A stretch of 64,000 nucleotides of DNA, taken from IMG/VR virus record IMGVR_UViG_3300029106_000003, positions 1,317 to 65,316 of that record. One strand, written 5' to 3'. Every line of letters begins with the position of its first letter. Position 1 is the first letter of the stretch. The stretch is from a virus. The notes under the pieces were generated by a model, which saw nothing but the letters and a program-made list of their open reading frames with translations, searched no databases and had not been told where the DNA came from. The translations under genes were made by a program, and so were the position numbers. Below are positions 36,222-45,572 of the stretch, piece by piece.

Positions 36222-36378
36222 AAGGGTAAATTTCGATGTCTTCAAAATCATCGTCAGTAAGGGCGATTTCTTCTGTGTTTATCATTTCTTCTACTTTCTC
36301 ATGAGCGGAATCCATGTTTTCTGCTTCTACCACCACTACCTTCGAGTAGGTTTCGATTATTCTGAATTTGTATTTCAT
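36202..36378 (-). CDS. Small acidic hypothetical protein (58 aa)
   Basis: Below the track cutoff; ATGA overlap with the upstream stop at 36375-36378; MKYKFRIIETYSKVVVVEAENMDSAHEKVEEM... Confidence 0.4.
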   Translation of the reverse strand: MKYKFRIIETYSKVVVVEAENMDSAHEKVEEMINTEEIALTDDDFEDIEIYPYGNQNK

Positions 36379-36635
36379 TCTATATCCCCTTTATTTAGTT
36401 TTGAATTTTGCAATCCTGCATGATACCCATCAATCCATATCAACAATTCTGTGGGTTTCAGATACCCGCTTATCCTGTGACATGGAATGCCCCCTTCTAT
36501 TACTCTATCCCCAGTAAATGATTTGTCGTGTATTACGAACGCATAATACCCATAAGAGAATGACGAAGCGGTTAGATGCATTTGATTAGCATGACAGTAC
36601 TTTTCTAATTGTTTTAATGCTTCTTTTTGTGTCAT
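36375..36635 (-). CDS. Hypothetical early protein
   Basis: ORF track. Confidence 0.55.
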   Translation of the reverse strand: MTQKEALKQLEKYCHANQMHLTASSFSYGYYAFVIHDKSFTGDRVIEGGIPCHRISGYLKPTELLIWIDGYHAGLQNSKLNKGDIE

Positions 36636-36823
36636 AACTGATGATTTATAGATTTTCGTTGATTTTCTTTTCTGTCCGTTTAATGAATCGTTTAATCATA
36701 TCTTCTAACTCATTCCTTAAATCGTCCTTGTCAAGATATGAGCGGAAAGTTTTCGATTGTAAAATATAAATGATAGCATACGATTTTTATCCGTTAGATT
36801 TAACAATGATTATTCGTCACTTA

Positions 36824-37465
36824 TTACCCCCATAATTTTACTGCAAGATCATAATTCTTTTGAGCTTCATTTACTGCTTTTTTGGCATAAGTAAGAGTGT
36901 AGGAGTGTTCACGTGGATATTTGCCTGACTTTACACCTTCATGATATTCTTTGGCTTCTTCCAGCTTGTGCGCATAAAAGTCAATACTTTCCGGCATAGA
37001 TAGGTTGATGGTTGTAGCACGCTTGTCCCAGTATTCGGCTTCTCTTTCATGTTCTGTTGCTTTGTCGCTAAATTCAACGCTTTTACCCATGTTTCTCCAA
37101 GCATCCGCTATTGCTTTTCTGTGTCGTCTTTCGCTATGATGTCCTATTTTAATAGGTTCTCCAAGTGAAAGAAAATCTCTGTCCTTATTTGACTTTTCGA
37201 AATATTCATGACTTTTTTTATTTGCTGATACAGACCATTCACGTCTACGTTCGGCTCTACGTTTTGCCCATTCTTGTACGTTGAATCCGTCAGCCCTTAC
37301 GATGGAGTAATAATAGAATCCGTCACGCTCAAATATCAGATTAAAAACGATACTTTCATTCTCTTTTCCATACTTGGTTGTAACTAGAATTTCCTCACCT
37401 CTTTCGTGCTTTTCTTCGCACTTTGCCAAAAATACGTTTGGCGCAAACTTGTAATATGTGTTCAT
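36824..37465 (-). CDS. DUF3560 family protein
   Basis: GEPIKIGHHSERRHRK hallmark motif. Confidence 0.65.
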   Translation of the reverse strand: MNTYYKFAPNVFLAKCEEKHERGEEILVTTKYGKENESIVFNLIFERDGFYYYSIVRADGFNVQEWAKRRAERRREWSVSANKKSHEYFEKSNKDRDFLSLGEPIKIGHHSERRHRKAIADAWRNMGKSVEFSDKATEHEREAEYWDKRATTINLSMPESIDFYAHKLEEAKEYHEGVKSGKYPREHSYTLTYAKKAVNEAQKNYDLAVKLWG

Positions 37466-37477
37466 TGCTCTTATGTA

Positions 37478-37708
37478 TTAAATTGCTAACTTTAATTTTT
37501 CTATATCTCGAATAAGCCTATTAGCTCTCTGCCTTTCATTGCTTGCAAAGTCCTCATTACAGATACTTTCATAGAATGCTGCATTTTCTTCTGCCTCTTT
37601 TAACGAAATCTCTTTGCGTTCTATCAAAGACTTTATTGCATCAATATCATTGCTATTAATGACTTCTTCTAAAGCTGTCCTTTTTGTTAATTCGATTGTC
37701 GCTTTCAT
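37478..37708 (-). CDS. Small helical hypothetical protein
   Basis: First gene after repeat-promoter R2. Confidence 0.55.
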   Translation of the reverse strand: MKATIELTKRTALEEVINSNDIDAIKSLIERKEISLKEAEENAAFYESICNEDFASNERQRANRLIRDIEKLKLAI

Positions 37709-37716
37709 TGCTCTTT

Positions 37717-37838
37717 GTCTTTTAATTGTTAGTAATGTTGTTGTTTTAGTATTGTAAAGATACTCATTATCAGCGAGTTAACCAAATATTTACAGCGTTA
37801 TTTTGCTCATAATCAAGAGTTTAACTTTTGGTAACTTG
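37717..37838 (-). repeat. R2: promoter-leader repeat (copy 2 of 3)
   Basis: See R1; identical architecture, and the repeat extends into the first codons (MKAT). Confidence 0.8.
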
Positions 37839-37982
37839 AAATGAAATATGAATGAAATGGAGTATCACGGACAATAGGTTTAATCTATTGGTTTTTATTA
37901 AAGTGACCCGGCTTTTGTTTCCACAGTGATATAGCCGGGCCACCGCTCTTGTTGTTTTGGAAGAGCACGTGTATTTGGTGTA

Positions 37983-38270
37983 TTAATCTCCACAATAACG
38001 CCCGCTTTGGTTTCTGTAATACTCTATTATACCTCTTTCCATTGCTGAGTCGAATACAATCGATTCGGGCTTTTGTGCGGGTCCCGACTTTTTCATTAAC
38101 CGGCGAGCCTCTTTTTCTGCCTTGCGGGCTTCCGCTTTCATCTTAAACCATGCGTTCCTCAAACAAGCACTGAACGACTGGCAGAACTCACGGCCGAGAA
38201 CCGAGATAGAGCGTTTATACATTGACCATGCCATTTTGAAGAGTTGCGATTTGTTGATTTTCGTTTTCAT
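37983..38270 (-). CDS. First leftward gene of the switch; basic hypothetical protein
   Basis: 95 aa Lys/Arg-rich; its -7 box TATCTTTA (38294-38301) overlaps operator O1. Confidence 0.55.
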   Translation of the reverse strand: MKTKINKSQLFKMAWSMYKRSISVLGREFCQSFSACLRNAWFKMKAEARKAEKEARRLMKKSGPAQKPESIVFDSAMERGIIEYYRNQSGRYCGD

Positions 38271-38293
38271 ATCTTTGTTTTAGTTTTATGATA

Positions 38294-38382
38294 TAAAGAT
38301 ACAAGTTATATCTTGTATTTACAATAGTTTGAGCAAGATTTATCTTGTATTTAACTTTATTTATACAAGATATAGCTTGTAT
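38294..38382. promoter_or_regulatory. Divergent switch region with three 20-bp operators
   Basis: ATACAAG-N6-CTTGTAT at 38299-38318 and 38363-38382, and the degenerate copy gAGCAAG-N6-CTTGTAT at 38331-38350; centres are exactly 32 bp apart. Confidence 0.7.
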
Positions 38383-38428
38383 ATACTAATAAAAAAACGA
38401 CTTTTGTAACAGAAATAACTTTTAGGAT

Positions 38429-38692
38429 ATGAGAATAAGAGATATTATTGAGCAAAAAGGTATAACGACAAAAGAGTTAGCCGAAAGAATGGGAATTAGC
38501 CAAAGTGCATTGAACCAACATATATCAGGGAATCCTTCGATTAAAGTTCTTACTTCAATTGCTTCTAATTTAGGAGTTGATATATGGGAATTGTTTATAT
38601 CACCAGAAGAAGTACGCCCCAATAGCGATACTACTATATTGACGTGTCCTAAATGTGGAGCGAAGTTAAAGGTAATTGAGTCAAAAGATTAA
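38429..38692 (+). CDS. XRE-family HTH protein with a C-terminal zinc ribbon; candidate prophage repressor
   Basis: ITTKELAERMGISQSALNQHISG HTH; CPKCGAKL at the C-terminus; divergent from the early operon. Confidence 0.65.
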   Translation: MRIRDIIEQKGITTKELAERMGISQSALNQHISGNPSIKVLTSIASNLGVDIWELFISPEEVRPNSDTTILTCPKCGAKLKVIESKD

Positions 38693-38695
38693 GCC

Positions 38696-39457
38696 ATGAA
38701 CGAGGAAATAACAAAGCTATTACTTCAATGCGACACGTTGAAAGCCCGTTTGTTGGGGCTGCGCCCATTACCACCGGATGCCCTGCAAAAGATAGAGAAT
38801 GCGTTTGCCATTGAATACACCTATGAAAGCAACCGGATCGAGGGAAATACGCTCACACTGCAAGAAACGGAGTTAGTAGTGAACGAGGGGGTTACTATCG
38901 CCGGAAAGTCAATGCGGGAACACCTTGAAGCGATTAACCACGTTGAAGCGATAGACTACATAAAGGACTTTGCAAAGGGAGGTATGGAAATATCGGAGCG
39001 CACAATCAAGGAAATACACGCTATTGTGCTACATGGCATAGACAGAGAGAATGCCGGACGTTATCGGGGCGTGCCTGTTATGATTTCGGGAAGTACACAT
39101 GTCCCTCCACAGCCGTATTTGATACAACCACAAATGGAGGCTTTTATGACAAGGTTTTCCGGAATGGAGGAGCAGGGCATTCACCCGGTGCTCATTGCGG
39201 CTTATCTTCATGATGAGTTGGTACGAATACACCCGTTTATAGACGGGAACGGGCGCACATCTCGGCTTCTGATGAATCTATACTTACTCCGCAACGGTTA
39301 TACGCTGGTAAATCTCAAAGGCAGCAACGAGGACAAAATAAGCTATTACAAGGCACTGGAAGCCTCTCATACGGAGAACAATCCGGCAGAGTTCCAAAAG
39401 GTCGTTATACGGGCTGAAATAGAATCTTTAAGCCGGTATCTCTCAATTGTAGGATAG
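38696..39457 (+). CDS. Fic-domain protein (class II, with N-terminal inhibitory motif)
   Basis: HPFIDGNGRTSR active-site motif; SNRIEG matches the (S/T)xxxE(G/N) auto-inhibition motif. Confidence 0.85.
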   Translation: MNEEITKLLLQCDTLKARLLGLRPLPPDALQKIENAFAIEYTYESNRIEGNTLTLQETELVVNEGVTIAGKSMREHLEAINHVEAIDYIKDFAKGGMEISERTIKEIHAIVLHGIDRENAGRYRGVPVMISGSTHVPPQPYLIQPQMEAFMTRFSGMEEQGIHPVLIAAYLHDELVRIHPFIDGNGRTSRLLMNLYLLRNGYTLVNLKGSNEDKISYYKALEASHTENNPAEFQKVVIRAEIESLSRYLSIVG

Positions 39458-39562
39458 TATTGTCTGGATTTTAAAGATTATGAATGAAGCAATGATTTCA
39501 TTTGTAACTCGTTTAAGTTTATTTATTACCTGACACGACCTAAATTTAAAGTATAAGGAGAC

Positions 39563-39592
39563 AAAAAAAAGGAGGGCGTTTTGCGTCCTCCT
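39563..39592 (-). terminator. Rho-independent terminator after higA
   Basis: Minus strand AGGAGGACG-CAAAA-CGCCCTCCT followed by T8. Confidence 0.7.
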
Positions 39593-39616
39593 CGTTATGG
39601 ATCCTGCTTTATATAC

Positions 39617-39949
39617 TTACCACAAAGCAACCTTTCCGCCTATTCCCAAATCAAGGGTGGCCGTTGTAATTCCCAAAGCCTTAAAAACTTTGCTCATAGT
39701 AGGAAGTGTTATTATACACTTACCGCTTTCAAGTTTGGATATTTGCGACTTCTTTACACCTACTTTAGCCCCTAACTCTTCCTGTGTGAGGTTCTGTTTG
39801 AGCCTTTCTGCCTTGATAGCCTCTCCAATGTAATAAGCCTGCAAATCATCTTTGAGTTGAGCTTCCATAGCGTCCCTTTCGGGAGTGCCTTTTTCTCCCC
39901 AAACCTCATCTACTACCACGCTAAGTGGAGTTAAGTTCATCTTTGCCAT
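39617..39949 (-). CDS. higA: HigA-type XRE antitoxin
   Basis: C-terminal HTH LTQEELGAKVGVKKSQISKLESG; 2-nt spacing from the toxin gene. Confidence 0.75.
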   Translation of the reverse strand: MAKMNLTPLSVVVDEVWGEKGTPERDAMEAQLKDDLQAYYIGEAIKAERLKQNLTQEELGAKVGVKKSQISKLESGKCIITLPTMSKVFKALGITTATLDLGIGGKVALW

Positions 39950-39951
39950 AG

Positions 39952-40296
39952 CTATTTGTTTTTATCGTTGAAGTATTCTATTCTCAATTTCTCCGCCTTT
40001 TCTATCTCCTTTTTAGGCGTTTTCTGTGTCTTTTTCACTATCCCGTGAGTGGCTACTACCAAAGCCTCTATTTCCGTGTCCCAAAAAGCAAACAGGCGAT
40101 AACATACCCCGTTAAAGAGCGTCCGAAACTCCCATATATCGGAGTTCTCCAACTTCTTGAAGAGTTCCTTATCTATTTCCCCTCCCTCCACTTTAAGGAG
40201 ATTATAGGTTATTTTCTTTTGCGCCTTTTCTGGTAAGGAAGAAACAAACTCCCTTGCTGCGTCCATAAATGCTATTTTTATTCTTCGTCCGCTCAT
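39952..40296 (-). CDS. higB: HigB/Gp49-like RelE-superfamily toxin
   Basis: IWEFRTLFNGVCYRLFAFW...VVATHGIVKKTQKTPKKEIEKAE pattern; ATG 40296 (the TTG at 40320 overlaps the -7 box). Confidence 0.7.
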   Translation of the reverse strand: MSGRRIKIAFMDAAREFVSSLPEKAQKKITYNLLKVEGGEIDKELFKKLENSDIWEFRTLFNGVCYRLFAFWDTEIEALVVATHGIVKKTQKTPKKEIEKAEKLRIEYFNDKNK

Positions 40297-40317
40297 AAGG
40301 TTCAAATTATTACTCTG

Positions 40318-40355
40318 CAAAGATATACAAAAGTTTCCATAAAAGCAAACTTTTG
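40318..40355 (-). promoter_or_regulatory. higBA promoter with inverted-repeat operator
   Basis: Minus strand CAAAAGTTT-N10-AAACTTTTG, 2 nt, then TATCTTTG. Confidence 0.5.
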
Positions 40356-40486
40356 CGAGGATTTATTAGCTTGATAATTGGCTGACCCCTCCTACTTGTA
40401 AGCTCGGAGGGGAGATGTTCAGGAAATTGGGATCCGATATATTATAAACATCGGTATCTTTATATTAATGCTTAAAATATTACGTT

Positions 40487-40786
40487 TCATATCGCCTTAA
40501 AATCCAATCGGCCTAAATTGTCATTTATAGACTTAATGATACTTTCCTGTATCAAGGTTCCGCATTGGGTTGTTAGTTGTATAAAGTGATCTGTATCATT
40601 ATCTGATACAATTCCGTACTTGTTCTTCCAGTTGCAAAAAGAGTTCTCTATATCTCGCAATCCTGCCAACATGATTAATAACTCCCTTGTCTGTCCACTG
40701 ATGACTGCGTTACGCATGGTATCGACGCTACGATGTTCGATTACTTCTACTGTCTGCTCATCTTGTTTTAATTCGGTTGTTTCCAT
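40487..40786 (-). CDS. Hypothetical protein
   Basis: ORF track. Confidence 0.55.
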   Translation of the reverse strand: METTELKQDEQTVEVIEHRSVDTMRNAVISGQTRELLIMLAGLRDIENSFCNWKNKYGIVSDNDTDHFIQLTTQCGTLIQESIIKSINDNLGRLDFKAI

Positions 40787-40992
40787 ATAAAAAAAGTTTA
40801 TTGTTTAACGATGTTAGGAATAGCGGGAATCCTCCCGGACACGTCCGCTACCGGTGGGATAGCTTACTTTCACAAGCGGCTGCCCCGTCTATAATTTAAC
40901 AAACATATAAAAGCACCCTATTAGGGTAGGGTAACCCGGAGCGGATAAACCGCCCCTTTGGATTTATAATAACTTTATGGTTATAGCTGATA

Positions 40993-41805
40993 TTATGCCG
41001 AGAGTTTGGTATTGAACAATTCAATGACAAACTTTCTACCTGATTCGGTCCAATACATGTGCTCTCTTGATTTCTGTACTCCGTTATCCATATAAGGGTA
41101 GGGGACATGTTTGGTAAATCCTTTACTGCGGTATTTGGCCGTGAGGAAGTAAACAGAAGATTGTCTGTATTGAACTCCCCATTCACATAGTAGTTTGTTC
41201 AGCTTTATAGCCGATACACCTAAGAATGCTGCTATCATGTTTGTCGTCACAAGTCCTTCACTCGACATGATTTCATCGTAACATTTACCTTTGGGGGCGA
41301 GGACCTTTATAGTATCGTCCTTTATGGATATTTCCTCGTCTTTTCTCTCGATGATAATTTGTTTCTGGGCATTTTCAGTTTCGAGCTGTTTTAATCGTTC
41401 TTCTCTTTTGGCAAGAGTGGCTTGTGCAATGGTTAGTGCACGTGCCATGATTTCTTCTGGTGTGTCTTCTTGCTTGGTGGAGATGTAGCCGCCTGTCTTT
41501 CGGATTGACGGAAGGACTTCACTTGTTATCCATTTGCGAAATGATTTTGCTTCTTGCTTCCTACTATCAAGAATAACATCATACATTCCGTCTTCATTAA
41601 CGAATAACATTTGTTGTATGCCTCCTGTTGTTTCAAGGGGGTAAGTTGAAATTACCTCCTTACTAAGTCTCTGATTTACGCCTTTTGATGATAATCCAAG
41701 ACATCTGCATAAATCACCTAAGCAAAATTTAGGATCATCGCTTGTACCGGCAGTACGGATTTCACCGAATTTAGGTGAATTAAAAATTTGAATGTTAGAT
41801 TGCAT
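40993..41805 (-). CDS. Bro-N / phage antirepressor (Ant, KilAC-type C-terminus)
   Basis: N-terminus IQIFNSPKFGEIRT...FCLGDLCRCLGL...FRKWITSEVLPSIRKTGGY is the Bro-N pattern; C-terminal Ant-like domain. Confidence 0.75.
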   Translation of the reverse strand: MQSNIQIFNSPKFGEIRTAGTSDDPKFCLGDLCRCLGLSSKGVNQRLSKEVISTYPLETTGGIQQMLFVNEDGMYDVILDSRKQEAKSFRKWITSEVLPSIRKTGGYISTKQEDTPEEIMARALTIAQATLAKREERLKQLETENAQKQIIIERKDEEISIKDDTIKVLAPKGKCYDEIMSSEGLVTTNMIAAFLGVSAIKLNKLLCEWGVQYRQSSVYFLTAKYRSKGFTKHVPYPYMDNGVQKSREHMYWTESGRKFVIELFNTKLSA

Positions 41806-42253
41806 ATCTGTAAGCATTTAAAGATATGTTATAGGCAAACATAAAAAGCGGCTGCCATATACGCTGCTTACAGATAATGGGTTCCACTCCACAGAGCGAA
41901 ATATCTACGTATAGGCAACCGCCAATATATAAAAGTATAGGCATAAAAAAAGCCCAACTTTCTATTGAGCAAATTAACCGCTTGCCCTGCGAAATGGTTT
42001 ACCATTATCATGTAAGCATTACAAAAGTATTGAATTTTACGAGGTAATGCTAATTATTGGGCACAAAATTAGAGCATGGAATCTTGAAAGTATATGAATT
42101 TCATACATAATTCAACATTATTAACCTTTGAGGGCTATTATACGATTTCCTAAATCAGTGAATCGTAAGGCAGTATTAAAAGATACGAAAAGTAAGCACA
42201 TATGTAAATATTGGTAAGTATCTTGGTATCTATTGAAATTCATTTTATCTGAA

Positions 42254-43168
42254 TCATAATAGAGCTAATGCTTGTGTTACAATCGGTGTTAGTTGATTTG
42301 CTGCTATTCCCGTAGCAATACCTTGTATAGCGTTCAATGCCAATTTTAAGGTTTTCTTACCCCAAGATGGTTTATTACACTCTTCTTTTATCGTATCAAT
42401 TGCCATTTTTAGGTCTGAATTATCTATATCACTTGCTTTTTCTACAAGCTGAGAGATTACACTTTGTAGTTTTTCTTTTTGATCTTGGTCTGATATATAT
42501 AATGTAAGATCACTGTCTGAAATATTTCCTGTATTGACATTACCATCTCCTGTATTAGCTACTACTGAATTAATATAATAATTATTCATAATATTACTTA
42601 TCACTTTTTGTTCTTCAATTTTCGAAAAATCAATACCTGCATCAATTTTTTCGTCTAAATCTAGAAAAAATGATAACAGCTTTGACTTAAATTTATCAAC
42701 AATACACACCAATGAAGACACTGAGAACTCCTGCCATACTTTTTCTACATTCCCAGAAACATATTTGTTTACTTCGGTATATGCCATTGATGGAGAATTA
42801 ATAGATACATTGCCAGTTTTTTGGCTACTGCCTATATTTTCTATTTCGTTTAGTGAATGAACAATGCACACATGACTCATGCAATCATTTATGATAGCAT
42901 TATCAAAAATACCTTGAGGAATTATGATGTTTTGATACATTCCCACAAATGGTTGTGAAACATTGGCCTTTACAATAGCATTGAGAATTCTATAATCTGG
43001 AAGGTTTTCTGCATCTGGATATCCATTTTGTTCGTTTCTTATCCACATTTCAAAGTCATTATTACCCAATTTGGATGCGACTATCTGAGCTTTCAATAAT
43101 ATACCTTTAATCGGCTTATCATCGCCTAAGTCTTGAATGATTTTGTTTATTATCTCTTTCATAAGCAT
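42254..43168 (-). CDS. AbiTii-like abortive-infection domain protein
   Basis: N-terminus ...IKGILLKAQIVASKLGNNDFEMWIRNEQNGYPD...LPDYR matches the AbiTii signature; 1-nt overlap with the upstream gene. Confidence 0.6.
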   Translation of the reverse strand: MLMKEIINKIIQDLGDDKPIKGILLKAQIVASKLGNNDFEMWIRNEQNGYPDAENLPDYRILNAIVKANVSQPFVGMYQNIIIPQGIFDNAIINDCMSHVCIVHSLNEIENIGSSQKTGNVSINSPSMAYTEVNKYVSGNVEKVWQEFSVSSLVCIVDKFKSKLLSFFLDLDEKIDAGIDFSKIEEQKVISNIMNNYYINSVVANTGDGNVNTGNISDSDLTLYISDQDQKEKLQSVISQLVEKASDIDNSDLKMAIDTIKEECNKPSWGKKTLKLALNAIQGIATGIAANQLTPIVTQALALL

Positions 43169-44232
43169 TATTTCATTCGAAAAATATTCATAGGAATAAC
43201 CTTCGGTTTACAGACAAACCAATTAATAAAATCAGCCTTATTAATGCGCATCACACTCATTAAATCCTCATCGGTATATCCTAATTCGTTTCGATACAAA
43301 TTTAGTGTTTCTTCCCACATCGTAGGATGTTCTACAGGAAGAGGTATTGGTTCAATTCTACTATATCCTTTTTTGGAAAAGTATATTTGCAAATTACGAT
43401 ACTGCTGATATGTAATAGCGTCCAAGTCCCTAGCCCTTCTAACTAAAGCATGCATAGATACTCGCCATTTTCTTTTGAGTATACCTAATATTTGTACATT
43501 CAAATTTTGCAACATTGGAAAAATTTCCTCCTCTGGCATTAAAAATTCTGAAGCAAATTCATCCGCTTGACGTTCTGCATCATCAGAAGAACAAGGCGGA
43601 TTTTCTAAATGCATCACCAAATGTCCTAACTCATGAGCCATTGAGAAGCGAATTCTGTCATTAGGCATTTGATTGTTAATAAACATTACTTTCTTATCGG
43701 AATCTGTTATTGTTGTTAATCCATCTATTTTATCGGTTCCAAAATCAAAACGAATAATAATAACACCGTTATTTTCAAGCAATGTTGATAAATTGGGAAC
43801 TGCACCATTGAAAACTTTTAGTTTATATCGTATATTACGAGCAATTTCTTTAGCTGACAAATTTTCATTTGGGATATAATTACCTAAAGTGTATTCTGGC
43901 AATTCAACAGCAGACATTAATTCATCAATGATCGCTTTAAAAATCTTTACTTTGGCAACAAAAGAATCTATTATTTTATTTGTAACAGTAAGTTTCTTTC
44001 TATAATAGAGATGCCCTAGTGGAGAAATCCCTTCACTACGCATAAAAAATGTTTCGGGAAAATCGTAGTATTTACACAATTTTTCCATTATATCTCTTGG
44101 TAGCTCTTGAAGTCCGTGCTCGGCTTTCGATAAAGACGATTGAGATATTCCTACAGCCTCAGCAACTTCTTTTTGCGTTTTTTGCCTTAACAATCGAACT
44201 GTTTCAAGTAATGAGAAATTTATATTATTCAT
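43168..44232 (-). CDS. XRE HTH fused to an ImmA/IrrE (M78) zinc metallopeptidase
   Basis: HTH KTQKEVAEAVGISQSSLSKAEHG; HEXXH as MAHELGHLVMH. Confidence 0.8.
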   Translation of the reverse strand: MNNINFSLLETVRLLRQKTQKEVAEAVGISQSSLSKAEHGLQELPRDIMEKLCKYYDFPETFFMRSEGISPLGHLYYRKKLTVTNKIIDSFVAKVKIFKAIIDELMSAVELPEYTLGNYIPNENLSAKEIARNIRYKLKVFNGAVPNLSTLLENNGVIIIRFDFGTDKIDGLTTITDSDKKVMFINNQMPNDRIRFSMAHELGHLVMHLENPPCSSDDAERQADEFASEFLMPEEEIFPMLQNLNVQILGILKRKWRVSMHALVRRARDLDAITYQQYRNLQIYFSKKGYSRIEPIPLPVEHPTMWEETLNLYRNELGYTDEDLMSVMRINKADFINWFVCKPKVIPMNIFRMK

Positions 44233-44834
44233 ACAGCCTCTTTATTGTGGTTCGTTTTCTTAAATCTGGGTTTCTGTGCAACAATTTCTTTGTTTTCACT
44301 TTCTATTTCTACAACATCTACTATTTGTTGTGTCGGAATAGAATATTTCCATAAAGTGGTTTGTCCTTTAATATATTGCAGACTTAGCGTATTTATATTT
44401 TCCCTAAATGTATCTAATGTATATACTATGGAAATGACATGGCATCCTAATTCTTGATTTCGAATTTTATCCTCCTGCTTAGTCCTATTTCGAGTGCTAT
44501 CTGCCAATTTTATGATAAAAACATAACCTTGATATTCAAAAAATAATCGTTCATTTCCAGATATATTTGAAGTAAAAACAAAATGTTCTGAGGTCATCTG
44601 AGCAGAAAGTTCATTTTTTATTGCATTATATATATCTTCATGAAGACAATGAGATATTACGCTCATCGAGTTGAGCCCTTCGCGAAATTTTTCCTGTGTT
44701 TTACTTAAACCTGTTGTAACTCCAATTCTTAAACATTCTTCAAATTTATCGGTCAATACGGATGCTTTAAATTTATCCGAATTGAATTCATGTTCAGCAG
44801 GAAACACTGAGCATTGTATAATTTCTTTTGTCAT
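44229..44834 (-). CDS. Hypothetical protein, first gene of the three-gene operon
   Basis: 201 aa; ATGA overlap with the HTH-M78 gene; TATATTTG -7 box at 44862-44869. Confidence 0.6.
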   Translation of the reverse strand: MTKEIIQCSVFPAEHEFNSDKFKASVLTDKFEECLRIGVTTGLSKTQEKFREGLNSMSVISHCLHEDIYNAIKNELSAQMTSEHFVFTSNISGNERLFFEYQGYVFIIKLADSTRNRTKQEDKIRNQELGCHVISIVYTLDTFRENINTLSLQYIKGQTTLWKYSIPTQQIVDVVEIESENKEIVAQKPRFKKTNHNKEAV

Positions 44835-45232
44835 AAATTCATTTTTTACTATTCATGACAACAAATATATAAAAAATATTCCATTTTCCGACAACATTCT
44901 ATATTAAAATATTCTATCGATGAAAAAACATCTTGTTTTATAGACATATATGACACATCTATAGTAAAAAGGCTATGTAGATTGTGAGTGTACACCGATG
45001 TTTATGAAAACGCATGGTTGGAAATAGTCTAATTACTAAGAGAAATTCAGTTTTAAAAGAAATCCCCATATCTTCACAAATAATGAAGTGCCCCCAAAAA
45101 GTTGTAACAGAAAAGGTGAAAAGAAAGCGATGAAAAATTAATCTCACCGCTTTTTATATGCCTCAAAATAGACGTGTGTAAACAAATGCCAAATTAGAGT
45201 TGTACAAACATCAATTCTTTAAATCAAAGGAA

Positions 45233-45562
45233 TTATCCGTATTTTATCGAGCAAGCCACAAACAAGGCCATAGCGCCGAATATGGCACTTGCTACTGCGA
45301 TGATGGTAGTTATAATCCATTTCCAGTCTATGGGATTGCGCAAGTTAGGATTGGTGGCAAGATAAATTTTTCCATATTTCGTTATGCGGACATCTTCAAG
45401 TTCATGCCCCTCGTTCCATAGACCTTTGACAAGACCTAATCTTTCCAGCGAGTCTACGCACGAAATGAATATATGGTGCGGATAAGTGTTTGGGCAGACA
45501 ATCCCGCTGCTGATTAAACGCAACACTTGCTTCTCCTGTTTTGATAGCTTGATTTGCTTCAT
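45233..45562 (-). CDS. C-terminally membrane-anchored small protein
   Basis: C-terminal TM WIITTIIAVASAIFGAMALFVAC; wHTH-like N-terminus is a guess. Confidence 0.55.
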   Translation of the reverse strand: MKQIKLSKQEKQVLRLISSGIVCPNTYPHHIFISCVDSLERLGLVKGLWNEGHELEDVRITKYGKIYLATNPNLRNPIDWKWIITTIIAVASAIFGAMALFVACSIKYG

Positions 45563-45572
45563 GACCGTTTCT

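Noticed and set aside
40896-41186. 96-aa minus-strand ORF
   Set aside because: It overlaps the 3' part of the Bro/Ant antirepressor gene in another frame and has no independent support.
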